Below, piece by piece: positions 38,446 to 46,397 of a DNA stretch of 64,000 nucleotides (positions within the stretch are counted from its first letter, which is position 1; each line of letters begins with the position of its first letter). The DNA lies in the NCBI GenBank assembly GCA_016210745.1, contig JACQTO010000108.1:9563-73562 (forward strand). Reading direction: 5' to 3'. Under the pieces are notes generated by a model, which did not search any database, was not told where the DNA came from, and saw only the letters and a program-made list of their open reading frames with translations. This stretch comes from Betaproteobacteria bacterium. GTDB taxonomy: Bacteria > Pseudomonadota > Gammaproteobacteria > Burkholderiales > SG8-39. The position numbers and the translations under genes were made by a program.

Positions 38446-39291
38446 CTATTTCCTCGTCGCCTGCCACTTGACCTCGGCGCCGTTGCTCGAGCGCACCGTG
38501 CCCTCCATGGTGTTGCCCGCGACGCGGCCGCGGTAGTCGCGGCGCACGCTGCCATCGACGACGCTGAAACCGATTTGATTGCCGCGCAGAGTGGTCGCCG
38601 ACAGCAGCAAGTCGCGCGTGGCTGATTGGAGGCTTCCCTCGATGACCTGGAAGTTCTGCTTGAGCGCCAGATCGAAGTCCTGCCCCATGCCGTTGGCGCG
38701 CAGCCGCCACGTACCTGCGACCTTGGCCGGCACCACCCAGAACAGGGCCTGCCGATTGTCGACATGAGCGGTCTCATCGGGCTGCCATTCGCCCATGGTG
38801 AACTGGTGCGAGGCCACCCGCGTGCCTGGCTTCATGTCGAGGATTTTCGGGCGCAACTTGATATTCAGGTCGGGCAGCAGGTACATGGTGATGACCGTGG
38901 CCTGGCTGAAGTCGGCCTCGAAAATGTCGGCCTTCACGAACTTCACTTTGTCGGCAACGCCTTCCTTCTGCGCCGCGCGGTTGCTCAAAGCGACCATGTC
39001 GGGGTTGTACTCGATGCCAAGTCCGCGCGCGCCGTATTTCTTTGCCGCTTGAATCACGGTGCGCCCGTCGCCGGAACCCAGATCGATGACGAAGTCATTG
39101 GCCGTGGTCTGCGTCATGGTGAGCATTTTGTCGATCACCTCGAGCGGCGTCGGCACCCAGATCACGTCCTTGCCCGCCTGCCCCACCTGCGGCTCGAAAT
39201 CGGCCGCGCGCTTTTGCGCGCCTGCCGGGACCGAAAGCGCGATTCCCAACGCAAGCAGGGCAACACCAAGCAACTTCCGTCTCATCGTCAT
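38446..39291 (-). CDS. Class I SAM-dependent methyltransferase-fold protein with N-terminal Sec-type signal peptide
   Basis: ATG at 39291 follows AGGAGA. The signal peptide is MTMRRKLLGVALLALGIALSVPAGAQ, and motif I is VIDLGSGDGR. The upstream ORF extension only reads through repeat R2-D. Confidence 0.75.
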   Translation of the reverse strand: MTMRRKLLGVALLALGIALSVPAGAQKRAADFEPQVGQAGKDVIWVPTPLEVIDKMLTMTQTTANDFVIDLGSGDGRTVIQAAKKYGARGLGIEYNPDMVALSNRAAQKEGVADKVKFVKADIFEADFSQATVITMYLLPDLNIKLRPKILDMKPGTRVASHQFTMGEWQPDETAHVDNRQALFWVVPAKVAGTWRLRANGMGQDFDLALKQNFQVIEGSLQSATRDLLLSATTLRGNQIGFSVVDGSVRRDYRGRVAGNTMEGTVRSSNGAEVKWQATRK

Positions 39292-39367
39292 CGATTCTCT
39301 CCTGTCTTCAGCAACGAAGTCGCGGCTTGAGCGCCTATAACGCGCTCTGTTTCCTGATTTCCTCAGT

Positions 39368-39505
39368 CCGACGAGCCGGAACCAAGGAAGCCGGTTTTGC
39401 CGTTTATCAATCTCCCCCTGTTCGGGCAGTTGCTTGCAACTGCCCGAACAGGGGGAGACGAATTTAGAAAGCAGATCCTCGCCGAATTCGGCAACTCGTA
39501 ACAAG
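39368..39505 (+). repeat. R2 structured intergenic element, copy D
   Basis: A perfect 23-bp hairpin pairs 39411-39433 with 39436-39458 (TCTCCCCCTGTTCGGGCAGTTGC). The element abuts the permease stop codon. Confidence 0.9.
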
Positions 39506-40846
39506 CTAATTTCTTCGGCCCGGACTGACGATCACCAGAAGCACCCCGACTGCCAGCACGCCCACGCCGACCAACGCGCCGCGTCCGGTATAGGCCAGGC
39601 TCGAGTACAGCATGTAGATGCACACGCCGCAAAATATGAGCGGCGTCACCGGGTAAAAAGGCACGCGGAAAGGCCGCGAGGCATTAGGCTCCCAGCGGCG
39701 GAAGACGAACAGCGTCATGCCGGTGAGGAAGAAGAACAGCCAGAACACCGGCGCGGTGTAATCGACCATGGTCTCGAAGCCCCTGCGCGTCCAAGTACCC
39801 AGAGCGACCAGCGCCAGCGCGATCGCCCCCTGCACGATCATGGCGTTGCGCGGCACGCTTGCCTGCGCATCCCATTTTCCCAGTGCTGCAAACAGCGGCC
39901 AGTCGCGCCCCAGCGCATAACTGGTGCGCGCGCCGGTGAGAATTGTGGCGTTGGCCGAGGTGATCGCGGCAACGGCGACGATGACGCTGATGAGCGCGGC
40001 GCCCGTGGTGCCCCAGGCGCGCTGGAGCAGATCGGCCGCGGGTGCCCCGGACTTCGAGAGCGCCTCCATGCCCAGACCGACAACATAAGCGTAGCTCACC
40101 AGGATATACAGGCAGGCGACGATCGCAAGCCCGGCCATCAGCGAGCGCACGATGTTGCGGTTCCCGTCCTTGATTTCCGCCGACAGATAGGCTGCGTCGT
40201 TCCAGCCGCCGTAAGTGAGCAGTACGAACACCATCGCCAGGCCGAAGGCTGCCTGCGGCGAACCCGGCGCGCCTGGAATTTGCGTCTGCGCCGGCGCCGA
40301 TGGGACCAGGAACAGCCCGGCGATCACCACCAGCGCCAGTCCCAGGCACTCGATCAGCGTCAGAATGTTCTGCGTCGTCTTGCCCGCGCGGATGCCGACC
40401 AGATTGATCGCGGTAAGCGCCACGATGAGCAGCGCCGCATAGATCGAGGATGAGTGGGCGCCCATTGGAAGCATCTGGGTGGCATAGTCGGCGAAAACGA
40501 AGGCGAAAATCGCGATCGACCCGCTGGCGATGACCGTCATCCGAGCCCAGGCGAATAGCCGGGCGACATCGCCGCCGAAGGCGCGCTCCAGGAAATGGTA
40601 TTCGCCGCCGGCGTTGGGGTGGCTACTGCCCAGCTCGGCGTAGCAAAGCGCCCCGATGATCGAAATCGCCGCACCGAGCACCCAGGCGAGCATCATGGTG
40701 GAGGCGTCGCCGGTATTGGCCGCTACCGGTGCCGGCAGCTTGAAAATGCCTGCACCGACCACGATGCCGACCACGAGCGCGATCGCATCCTTCAGATCGA
40801 GGACGGGTTTGGGTTCGGCGGGCGCGGCGGCGGGATTTTTGTTCAT
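39506..40846 (-). CDS. APC-superfamily amino acid permease
   Basis: The 446-aa protein has about 12 TM segments and the typical APC N-terminus LKDAIALVVGIVVGAGIF. Confidence 0.88.
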   Translation of the reverse strand: MNKNPAAAPAEPKPVLDLKDAIALVVGIVVGAGIFKLPAPVAANTGDASTMMLAWVLGAAISIIGALCYAELGSSHPNAGGEYHFLERAFGGDVARLFAWARMTVIASGSIAIFAFVFADYATQMLPMGAHSSSIYAALLIVALTAINLVGIRAGKTTQNILTLIECLGLALVVIAGLFLVPSAPAQTQIPGAPGSPQAAFGLAMVFVLLTYGGWNDAAYLSAEIKDGNRNIVRSLMAGLAIVACLYILVSYAYVVGLGMEALSKSGAPAADLLQRAWGTTGAALISVIVAVAAITSANATILTGARTSYALGRDWPLFAALGKWDAQASVPRNAMIVQGAIALALVALGTWTRRGFETMVDYTAPVFWLFFFLTGMTLFVFRRWEPNASRPFRVPFYPVTPLIFCGVCIYMLYSSLAYTGRGALVGVGVLAVGVLLVIVSPGRRN

Positions 40847-40903
40847 TGTGGGTAGGCCGTCGGCATCGTATTACGATAGGCACTTATCAGGCAAGTGTTG
40901 GCA

Positions 40904-41040
40904 CACTTGTGACAGACTTGGCGACATTTCGGTCGTTAACTTCGTCTCCCCTTTTTCGTGCAGTTGCGAGCAACTGCACGAGAAAGGGGAGATTGATATA
41001 AAGGCAAGAGCAACCCCCTTTTGTTCGGGCACGGCCGACG
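40904..41040 (-). repeat. R2 structured intergenic element, copy E (opposite orientation to the other six)
   Basis: The hairpin pairs 40945-40967 with 40970-40992 (one T/G position). The reverse complement aligns with the family flanks (..CTTTATATCAATCTCCCC.. and ..GGGGAGACGAAGTTAACGACCGAAATGTCGCCAAGTCTGTCACAAGTG). Confidence 0.85.
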
Positions 41041-41100
41041 AGGATGTATACGACCCTCATTACGGCTATACAATCGCTCAATCACCTGCCTGGAGCGGCA

Positions 41101-42711
41101 ATGGCATACGACGTCCTCATCGTCGGCGGCGGGCACAATGGCCTAGTGTGCGCCTGCTATCTTGCGCGCGCCGGGCTCAAGGTGCGCGTACTCGAGCGGC
41201 GAGCGGTGGTCGGCGGCGCGGCGATCAGCGCGGAATTCTCGCCGGGTTTTCGCAATTCGGTCGCCGCCTATACCGTCAGCCTGCTGCACCCGAAGGTGAT
41301 CCGGGATCTCAATCTCGCGCGCCACGGCCTGCGAATCGTCGAGCGATCGCTGGCGAATTTTCTGCCCCTATCCGAGGGCAATCAGACCCCGAGCAGCTTT
41401 CGCCTCGGGCCGGACACGGAAGCGACGCAATCCGAACTGGCGCGCTTTTCGAGTCGCGATGCCGCGCAGCTCCCCGGCTACTACCGCATGATCGCTCGCG
41501 CGGCCGACACCCTGCGCGCCATGGCGCTCGAGACGCCGCCGCTCGCGCGCGGCGGCTGGAGCGATCTGATCGAGGCGTTCCAGCTCGGATGCACCGTCAA
41601 AGGGCTCGATGCGCGCGCGCGGCGCGAACTGCTGGACCTGTTCACCAAGAGCGCGGGGGATCTGCTAGACGGCTGGTTCGAAAGCGACCCGGTCAAGGCC
41701 GCATTCGGCTTCGATTCGGTGGTCGGCAACTATGCGAGCCCCTACACGCCAAACACCGCCTATGTCCTGCTGCACCACACCTTTGGCGAGGTCAACGGCA
41801 AGCGCGGGACCTGGGGACACGCGATCGGCGGCATGGGCGCGATCACGCAGGCCATGGCGAAGGAAGCGCAGTCGCGGGGCGTGGAAATCAGCACCGACGC
41901 CGCGGTGGCCGAAGTGCGCGTGCGCGGCGAGCGCACCGTGGGGGTGACCCTTGTCGACGGCACCCGCATCGAGGCGCGCGCGATCGCGGCCAACGTCAAC
42001 CCGAAGACGCTCTACCTCGACCTGGTCGCCGCCGAGCATCTGCAACCGGAATTCCGCGAGCGCATGGCCCGCTGGAAGTGCGCCTCGGCATCGCTGCGCA
42101 TGAATGTCGCCCTCGCAGAGCTGCCCGAATTCAGCTGCGCGCCCGGCAAGCAGGCGCAGCCGCACCATGGCGCGGGCATCATCATGGCGCCGTCGCTCGG
42201 CTACATGGAGCAGGCGTATTTCGACGCGCGCATGCACGGCTGGGCGCGCGCGCCGATCGTCGAGATGCTGATCCCGAGCACGGTCGATGACACCCTCGCT
42301 CCGCGCGGGGCGCACGTTGCGAGCCTGTTCTGCCAGCACTTCGCCCCGACCCTTTCCGATGGCCGCTCCTGGGATGAGGCGCGCGAGCAGGCAGCCGATC
42401 TCGTTATCGACACCGTCAACCGCTACGCTCCCAATTTCAAGGCGAGCGTGCTCGCGCGCAGCACGCTCACGCCGCTCGACATGGAACGCGATTTCGGACT
42501 CGTGGGCGGCGACATCTTCCACGGCGCGCTCTCGCTCGACCAGATTTGGGCGGCGCGGCCGATGCTGGGCTTCGCCGATTACCGCGCTCCCCTCAAGGGA
42601 CTGTATATCTGCGGATCGGGCGCACATCCGGGCGGCGGCGTCACCGGCCTGCCCGGACACAACGCGGCGCGCGAAATACTGCGCGACCTGCGGCGCCGGG
42701 AGCGCGGCTAG
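41101..42711 (+). CDS. NAD(P)/FAD-dependent oxidoreductase (phytoene desaturase/CrtI-like family)
   Basis: ATG at 41101 gives MAYDVLIVGGGHNGLVCACYLARAG, a dinucleotide-binding motif. The C-terminus has GLYICGSGAHPGGGVTG. Confidence 0.85.
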   Translation: MAYDVLIVGGGHNGLVCACYLARAGLKVRVLERRAVVGGAAISAEFSPGFRNSVAAYTVSLLHPKVIRDLNLARHGLRIVERSLANFLPLSEGNQTPSSFRLGPDTEATQSELARFSSRDAAQLPGYYRMIARAADTLRAMALETPPLARGGWSDLIEAFQLGCTVKGLDARARRELLDLFTKSAGDLLDGWFESDPVKAAFGFDSVVGNYASPYTPNTAYVLLHHTFGEVNGKRGTWGHAIGGMGAITQAMAKEAQSRGVEISTDAAVAEVRVRGERTVGVTLVDGTRIEARAIAANVNPKTLYLDLVAAEHLQPEFRERMARWKCASASLRMNVALAELPEFSCAPGKQAQPHHGAGIIMAPSLGYMEQAYFDARMHGWARAPIVEMLIPSTVDDTLAPRGAHVASLFCQHFAPTLSDGRSWDEAREQAADLVIDTVNRYAPNFKASVLARSTLTPLDMERDFGLVGGDIFHGALSLDQIWAARPMLGFADYRAPLKGLYICGSGAHPGGGVTGLPGHNAAREILRDLRRRERG

Positions 42712-42842
42712 GCAAGCGTATGCGCATAGGAGAGAATCTCCGTGCCGTCGTGGTGTGCAGGCGAACGCCAGAACCGATACAGTCGGCGCGGCCGCGGGAG
42801 ACGCGGTAGACCGACGCGCAGCGAATAGCGGAGAAAACAAAC

Positions 42843-43412
42843 ATGACGATCTTGCTCGCGCTCTCGCGACTGATCGATGCGGTCAACGAATACGTCGGCC
42901 GCGCCGTGTACTGGCTGGTGCTGGCCGCCGTCCTAGTCAGTTCCGTCAACGCCGCCATGCGCTACGCCTTCAACATGAGCTCGAACGCCTGGCTAGAGGC
43001 CCAGTGGTACCTGTTCGCCGCGGTGTTCCTGCTGTGCGCCGGCCATACCCTGCTGCATAACGAACACATCCGCATCGACGTGATCTCCAGCCTTTTCTCC
43101 CGGCGCACCAGGGTCTGGATCGACGTATTCGGCACGCTGTTCTTCCTGCTGCCGATGGCGCTCATGATCATGTGGCTGTCCTGGCCGATGTTCATGCACG
43201 CCTTCGTCGGCAGCGAGATGTCGAGCAATGCCGGCGGCCTGCTGCGCTGGCCGGCGAAACTGCTCGTCCCCGTGGGCTTTTTCCTGCTCGCGGCCCAGGG
43301 ACTGTCCGAGCTGATCAAGCGCATCGCCGTCTTGATGGGCCTGATTCCGGACCCGGTCGAGAAGCACCGCGATCCGGTGCTCGAAGCGCTCGCGGACAAG
43401 ACCGCCAGATGA
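42843..43412 (+). CDS. dctQ: TRAP transporter small permease (DctQ family)
   Basis: It is 189 aa with 4 TM segments. Its stop overlaps the dctM start as ATGA. Confidence 0.85.
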   Translation: MTILLALSRLIDAVNEYVGRAVYWLVLAAVLVSSVNAAMRYAFNMSSNAWLEAQWYLFAAVFLLCAGHTLLHNEHIRIDVISSLFSRRTRVWIDVFGTLFFLLPMALMIMWLSWPMFMHAFVGSEMSSNAGGLLRWPAKLLVPVGFFLLAAQGLSELIKRIAVLMGLIPDPVEKHRDPVLEALADKTAR

Positions 43413-44968
43413 CGGAGTTCATGACCGCCAATATGGCGCCGATGATGTTCGCGGCACTGGTCTTCTTCCTCTTGCTCGGTTACCCGGTCGCTTTCGCGCT
43501 GGCCGCCAATGGCTTGTTTTTCGGTTTTATCGGCGTCGAACTGGGACTGCTCACGCCGGCGCTGCTGCGGGCCCTGCCGGAGCGCATCTTCGGCATCATG
43601 GCCAATGACACCCTGCTTGCGGTGCCGTTTTTCACCCTGATGGGGCTGATCCTCGAGCGCAGCGGCATGGCCGAGGACCTGCTCGACACCATCGGCCAGC
43701 TATTCGGGCCCATACGCGGCGGGCTCGCCTACGCGGTCGTCTTCGTCGGCGCGCTGCTTGCCGCCACCACCGGCGTCGTCGCCGCTTCCGTGATCTCCAT
43801 GGGACTGATCTCCCTGCCTATCATGCTGCGCTACGGCTACGACCGGCGCCTCGCCACGGGCGTGATCGCCGCTTCGGGAACGCTGGCGCAGATCATTCCG
43901 CCTTCGCTGGTCCTGATCGTGCTCGCCGACCAGCTCGGGCGCTCTGTCGGCGACATGTATCGGGGCGCGTTCATTCCGGGATTTATCCTCACCGGCATGT
44001 ATGCGCTCTACGTCCTGGGCGTGGCCACGCTTTTTCCCAATGCCGCGCCGGCGCTGCCGCCGGAGGCGCGCACGCTGCGGGGATTCAAGCTGGTCCGGCG
44101 GGTGATTTTCGTGCTCATTCCGCCGCTCGCGCTGATCTTCCTCGTTCTCGGGACGATTTTCCTCGGTGTCGCCACGCCCTCGGAGGGTGGCGCGATGGGG
44201 GCCACCGGAGCGCTGGTCCTGGCGTTGATAAACCGCAGGCTGACCTGGTCGCTGCTGCGTCAGGCCATGCACTCCACTGCGAAGCTCAGTTCCTTTGTCA
44301 TGTTCATCCTGGTCGGCTCGACCGTGTTCAGCCTCGTGTTCCGAGCCGTGAACGGCGACCTGTGGGTCGAACACCTGCTCACCGGCCTGCCGGGGGGGCA
44401 ACTCGGCTTTCTCATCGTGGTGAACATCCTCACCTTCGTGCTCGCCTTCTTTCTCGACTTCTTCGAACTGGCGTTCATCATCGTGCCGCTGCTGGGCCCG
44501 GTTGCCGACAAACTGGGTATCGACCTCATCTGGTTCGGCGTGCTGCTCGGGGTGAACATGCAGACCTCGTTCATGCATCCGCCCTTCGGCTTTGCGCTGT
44601 TCTATCTGCGCAGCGTGGCGCCGGCGAGCGACTATATCGACCAGGTAAGCGGCAAGCGGACCGCGAGGGTCACGACCGGCCAGATCTACTGGGGAGCGGT
44701 GCCGTTCGTGGTCATTCAAGTGGTCATGGTGGTCATCGTGATCGCCTTTCCCGGGATGGTCACCGGCAGCCTCACCAAGAGCACGCTCGATCCGTCAAAG
44801 ATCGAAATCCAGATCGAGGCGCCGGACTACGAGAAGGAAGCGCCTGAGATGGCCCCGGCCGAAGGCGCGACGCCGGGCGAGCCGGGCACCGAGCCGGCCG
44901 AAGCACCGGCAAGTTCAAACGACAGGGCCGCCGACGAAATCGAGCGGGCTCTGAGACAGTCCCGCTGA
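43409..44968 (+). CDS. dctM: TRAP transporter large permease (DctM family) with Ala/Glu/Pro-rich C-terminal tail
   Basis: It starts MTEFMTANMAPMMFAALVFFLLLGYPVAFAL and is multi-TM throughout. The last ~70 residues are low complexity (EAPDYEKEAPEMAPAEGATPGEPGTEPAEAP). Confidence 0.9.
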   Translation: MTEFMTANMAPMMFAALVFFLLLGYPVAFALAANGLFFGFIGVELGLLTPALLRALPERIFGIMANDTLLAVPFFTLMGLILERSGMAEDLLDTIGQLFGPIRGGLAYAVVFVGALLAATTGVVAASVISMGLISLPIMLRYGYDRRLATGVIAASGTLAQIIPPSLVLIVLADQLGRSVGDMYRGAFIPGFILTGMYALYVLGVATLFPNAAPALPPEARTLRGFKLVRRVIFVLIPPLALIFLVLGTIFLGVATPSEGGAMGATGALVLALINRRLTWSLLRQAMHSTAKLSSFVMFILVGSTVFSLVFRAVNGDLWVEHLLTGLPGGQLGFLIVVNILTFVLAFFLDFFELAFIIVPLLGPVADKLGIDLIWFGVLLGVNMQTSFMHPPFGFALFYLRSVAPASDYIDQVSGKRTARVTTGQIYWGAVPFVVIQVVMVVIVIAFPGMVTGSLTKSTLDPSKIEIQIEAPDYEKEAPEMAPAEGATPGEPGTEPAEAPASSNDRAADEIERALRQSR

Positions 44969-45016
44969 GACGCACCAAAAGCAAACCCCGCCACGGCGGG
45001 GTTTGCTGATGCGTCA
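44969..45016. terminator. Shared hairpin between convergent dctM and dctP (bidirectional terminator candidate)
   Basis: GCAAACCCCG (44981-44990) pairs with CGGGGTTTGC (44997-45006). The outer pairing is GACGCA with TGCGTC. On the minus strand the stem is followed by TTTGCTTTTGG. Confidence 0.55.
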
Positions 45017-45022
45017 ATTCAC

Positions 45023-46165
45023 CTACTTCTTCGCCGCCTTGGCCGCTCCGGCCTTGGCGGGGGCGGCAGGCCCCGCGCCGACCTTGGAACTGAACACGTA
45101 ATTGTCATAGGTCCCCTCGGCCACGCGGAACCAGAGGAACACGTCGTCGCGGAATTTTTTCCAGCCCGGATACATGCGCCGCCAGTGCGGGCTTTTCGCT
45201 GCCAGTTCCCCGTACAGCTCGAATGCGGCCTTCTCGCATGCTTCCATGATGGCCCTGGAGAACGGCCGCAGCTTGGTGCCGCTCGCGACCAGTCTGCGCA
45301 GCGCTTCGGGATTTTTCACGTCGTAGCTCGCCACCATGCGCGAATTGACTTCAGCGCAGGCCGACTCGAGGGCTGCCTGATAGTTCTTGGGCAACTCATT
45401 CCATTTCTTCTCGTTCACCAGCGTGTGGATCATCGGCCCGCCTTCCCACCACGCCGGATAGTAGTAGTACGGCGCGACCTTGTAGAAGCCGAGTTTTTCG
45501 TCGTCGTACGGGCCCACCCACTCGGCGGCGTCGATCGTGCCTTTTTCCAGCGCCGGGTAGATGTCGCCGCCTGCGATCTGCTGCGGCACCACGCCAAGCT
45601 TGGTCAGCACTTGACCGGCAAGACCGCCGATGCGGAACTTGAGGCCTCTCAGATCGGCCACGGTCCTGATCTCCTTGCGATACCAGCCGCCCATCTGCGC
45701 GCCGGTGTTGCCCGCGGGGATCGCGACGCAGCCATAGTCCTTGAACAGCGGCGCGGCGAGTTCGGCGCCGCCGCCGTGGTACCACCAGGCGTTTTTCTGG
45801 CGCGTGTTCATGCCAAACGGGATATCGCTCACCAGGCCGAATGCCGGGTCCTTGCCGACGTAGTAGTACATCACGGTATGCCCGAGTTCGACGGTGCCGT
45901 TCTGTACCGCATCGAGAACCTGCAGTCCCGGAACGATTTCGCCTGCTGCAAAAGCCCGAATCTGGAATTTGCCGTCGGTCAGTTCCGCGACCCGCTTGGT
46001 GATCAGCTCGGCATTGCCGAACAGGGTATCCAGACTCTTGGGCCAGCTCGCCGGCATGCGCCAGTTGATGGTGGGCTGCGACTGGGCGATTGCGGGGGCC
46101 GCAACGACAGCGCCGCTCGCAGCCGCTCCCAGTCCGGCCTTCTTCAAAAATTCGCGTCTTTTCAT
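45023..46165 (-). CDS. dctP: TRAP transporter solute-binding protein (DctP family) with twin-arginine-type signal
   Basis: It has the MKRREFLKKAGLGAAASGAVVAAPAIAQ signal and DctP-type periplasmic-binding features. Confidence 0.85.
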   Translation of the reverse strand: MKRREFLKKAGLGAAASGAVVAAPAIAQSQPTINWRMPASWPKSLDTLFGNAELITKRVAELTDGKFQIRAFAAGEIVPGLQVLDAVQNGTVELGHTVMYYYVGKDPAFGLVSDIPFGMNTRQKNAWWYHGGGAELAAPLFKDYGCVAIPAGNTGAQMGGWYRKEIRTVADLRGLKFRIGGLAGQVLTKLGVVPQQIAGGDIYPALEKGTIDAAEWVGPYDDEKLGFYKVAPYYYYPAWWEGGPMIHTLVNEKKWNELPKNYQAALESACAEVNSRMVASYDVKNPEALRRLVASGTKLRPFSRAIMEACEKAAFELYGELAAKSPHWRRMYPGWKKFRDDVFLWFRVAEGTYDNYVFSSKVGAGPAAPAKAGAAKAAKK

Positions 46166-46255
46166 TTGTGTTCTCCTCTGACTCGAATGATCGTTGAACG
46201 AACGAGGGACTAACGCCGCCGATTATACAGGGGGCTTCCGAGAGGACCCTAAGCT

Positions 46256-46396
46256 GGACGAGCCGGAACCAAGGGAGCTGATTTTGCCGTTTATCAATCT
46301 CCCCTTTTGGGACAGTTGCATGCATCTGTCCCAAAAGGGGAGACGAATTTAGAAACCAAATCTTCGCCAAACTTGCCAATAACAGACTTGTAAGTG
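46256..46396 (+). repeat. R2 structured intergenic element, copy F
   Basis: The hairpin pairs TCTCCCCTTTTGGGACAG (46308-46325) with CTGTCCCAAAAGGGGAGA (46336-46353) around a self-complementary TTGCATGCAT centre. The element abuts the stop codon of the TPR/OGT gene. Confidence 0.9.
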
Positions 46397-46397
46397 A

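Noticed and set aside
39363-39410. A small conserved peptide might be encoded in the R2 3' part. It would be read in the gene direction as TTG ATA AAC GGC AAA ACC ..., giving LINGKT.F.GSGSS, just after the SD-like GGGGAGA.
   Set aside because: The frame is closed immediately in copy A (ATC GAA TAA). The lengths and C-termini differ in every copy. The substitutions between copies are not biased toward synonymous changes. Conservation is better explained at the nucleotide or structure level.
38446-39504. The ORF track gives N-terminal extensions of real genes through repeats. Examples are 38446-39504, 51702-53741, 24741-26699 and 45396-46379, all containing ...PHEKGEIDKRQN...-like strings.
   Set aside because: The recurring peptide is simply the translation of R2 in one frame. 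The true starts are downstream ATGs with Shine-Dalgarno sequences and sensible N-termini such as signal peptides.
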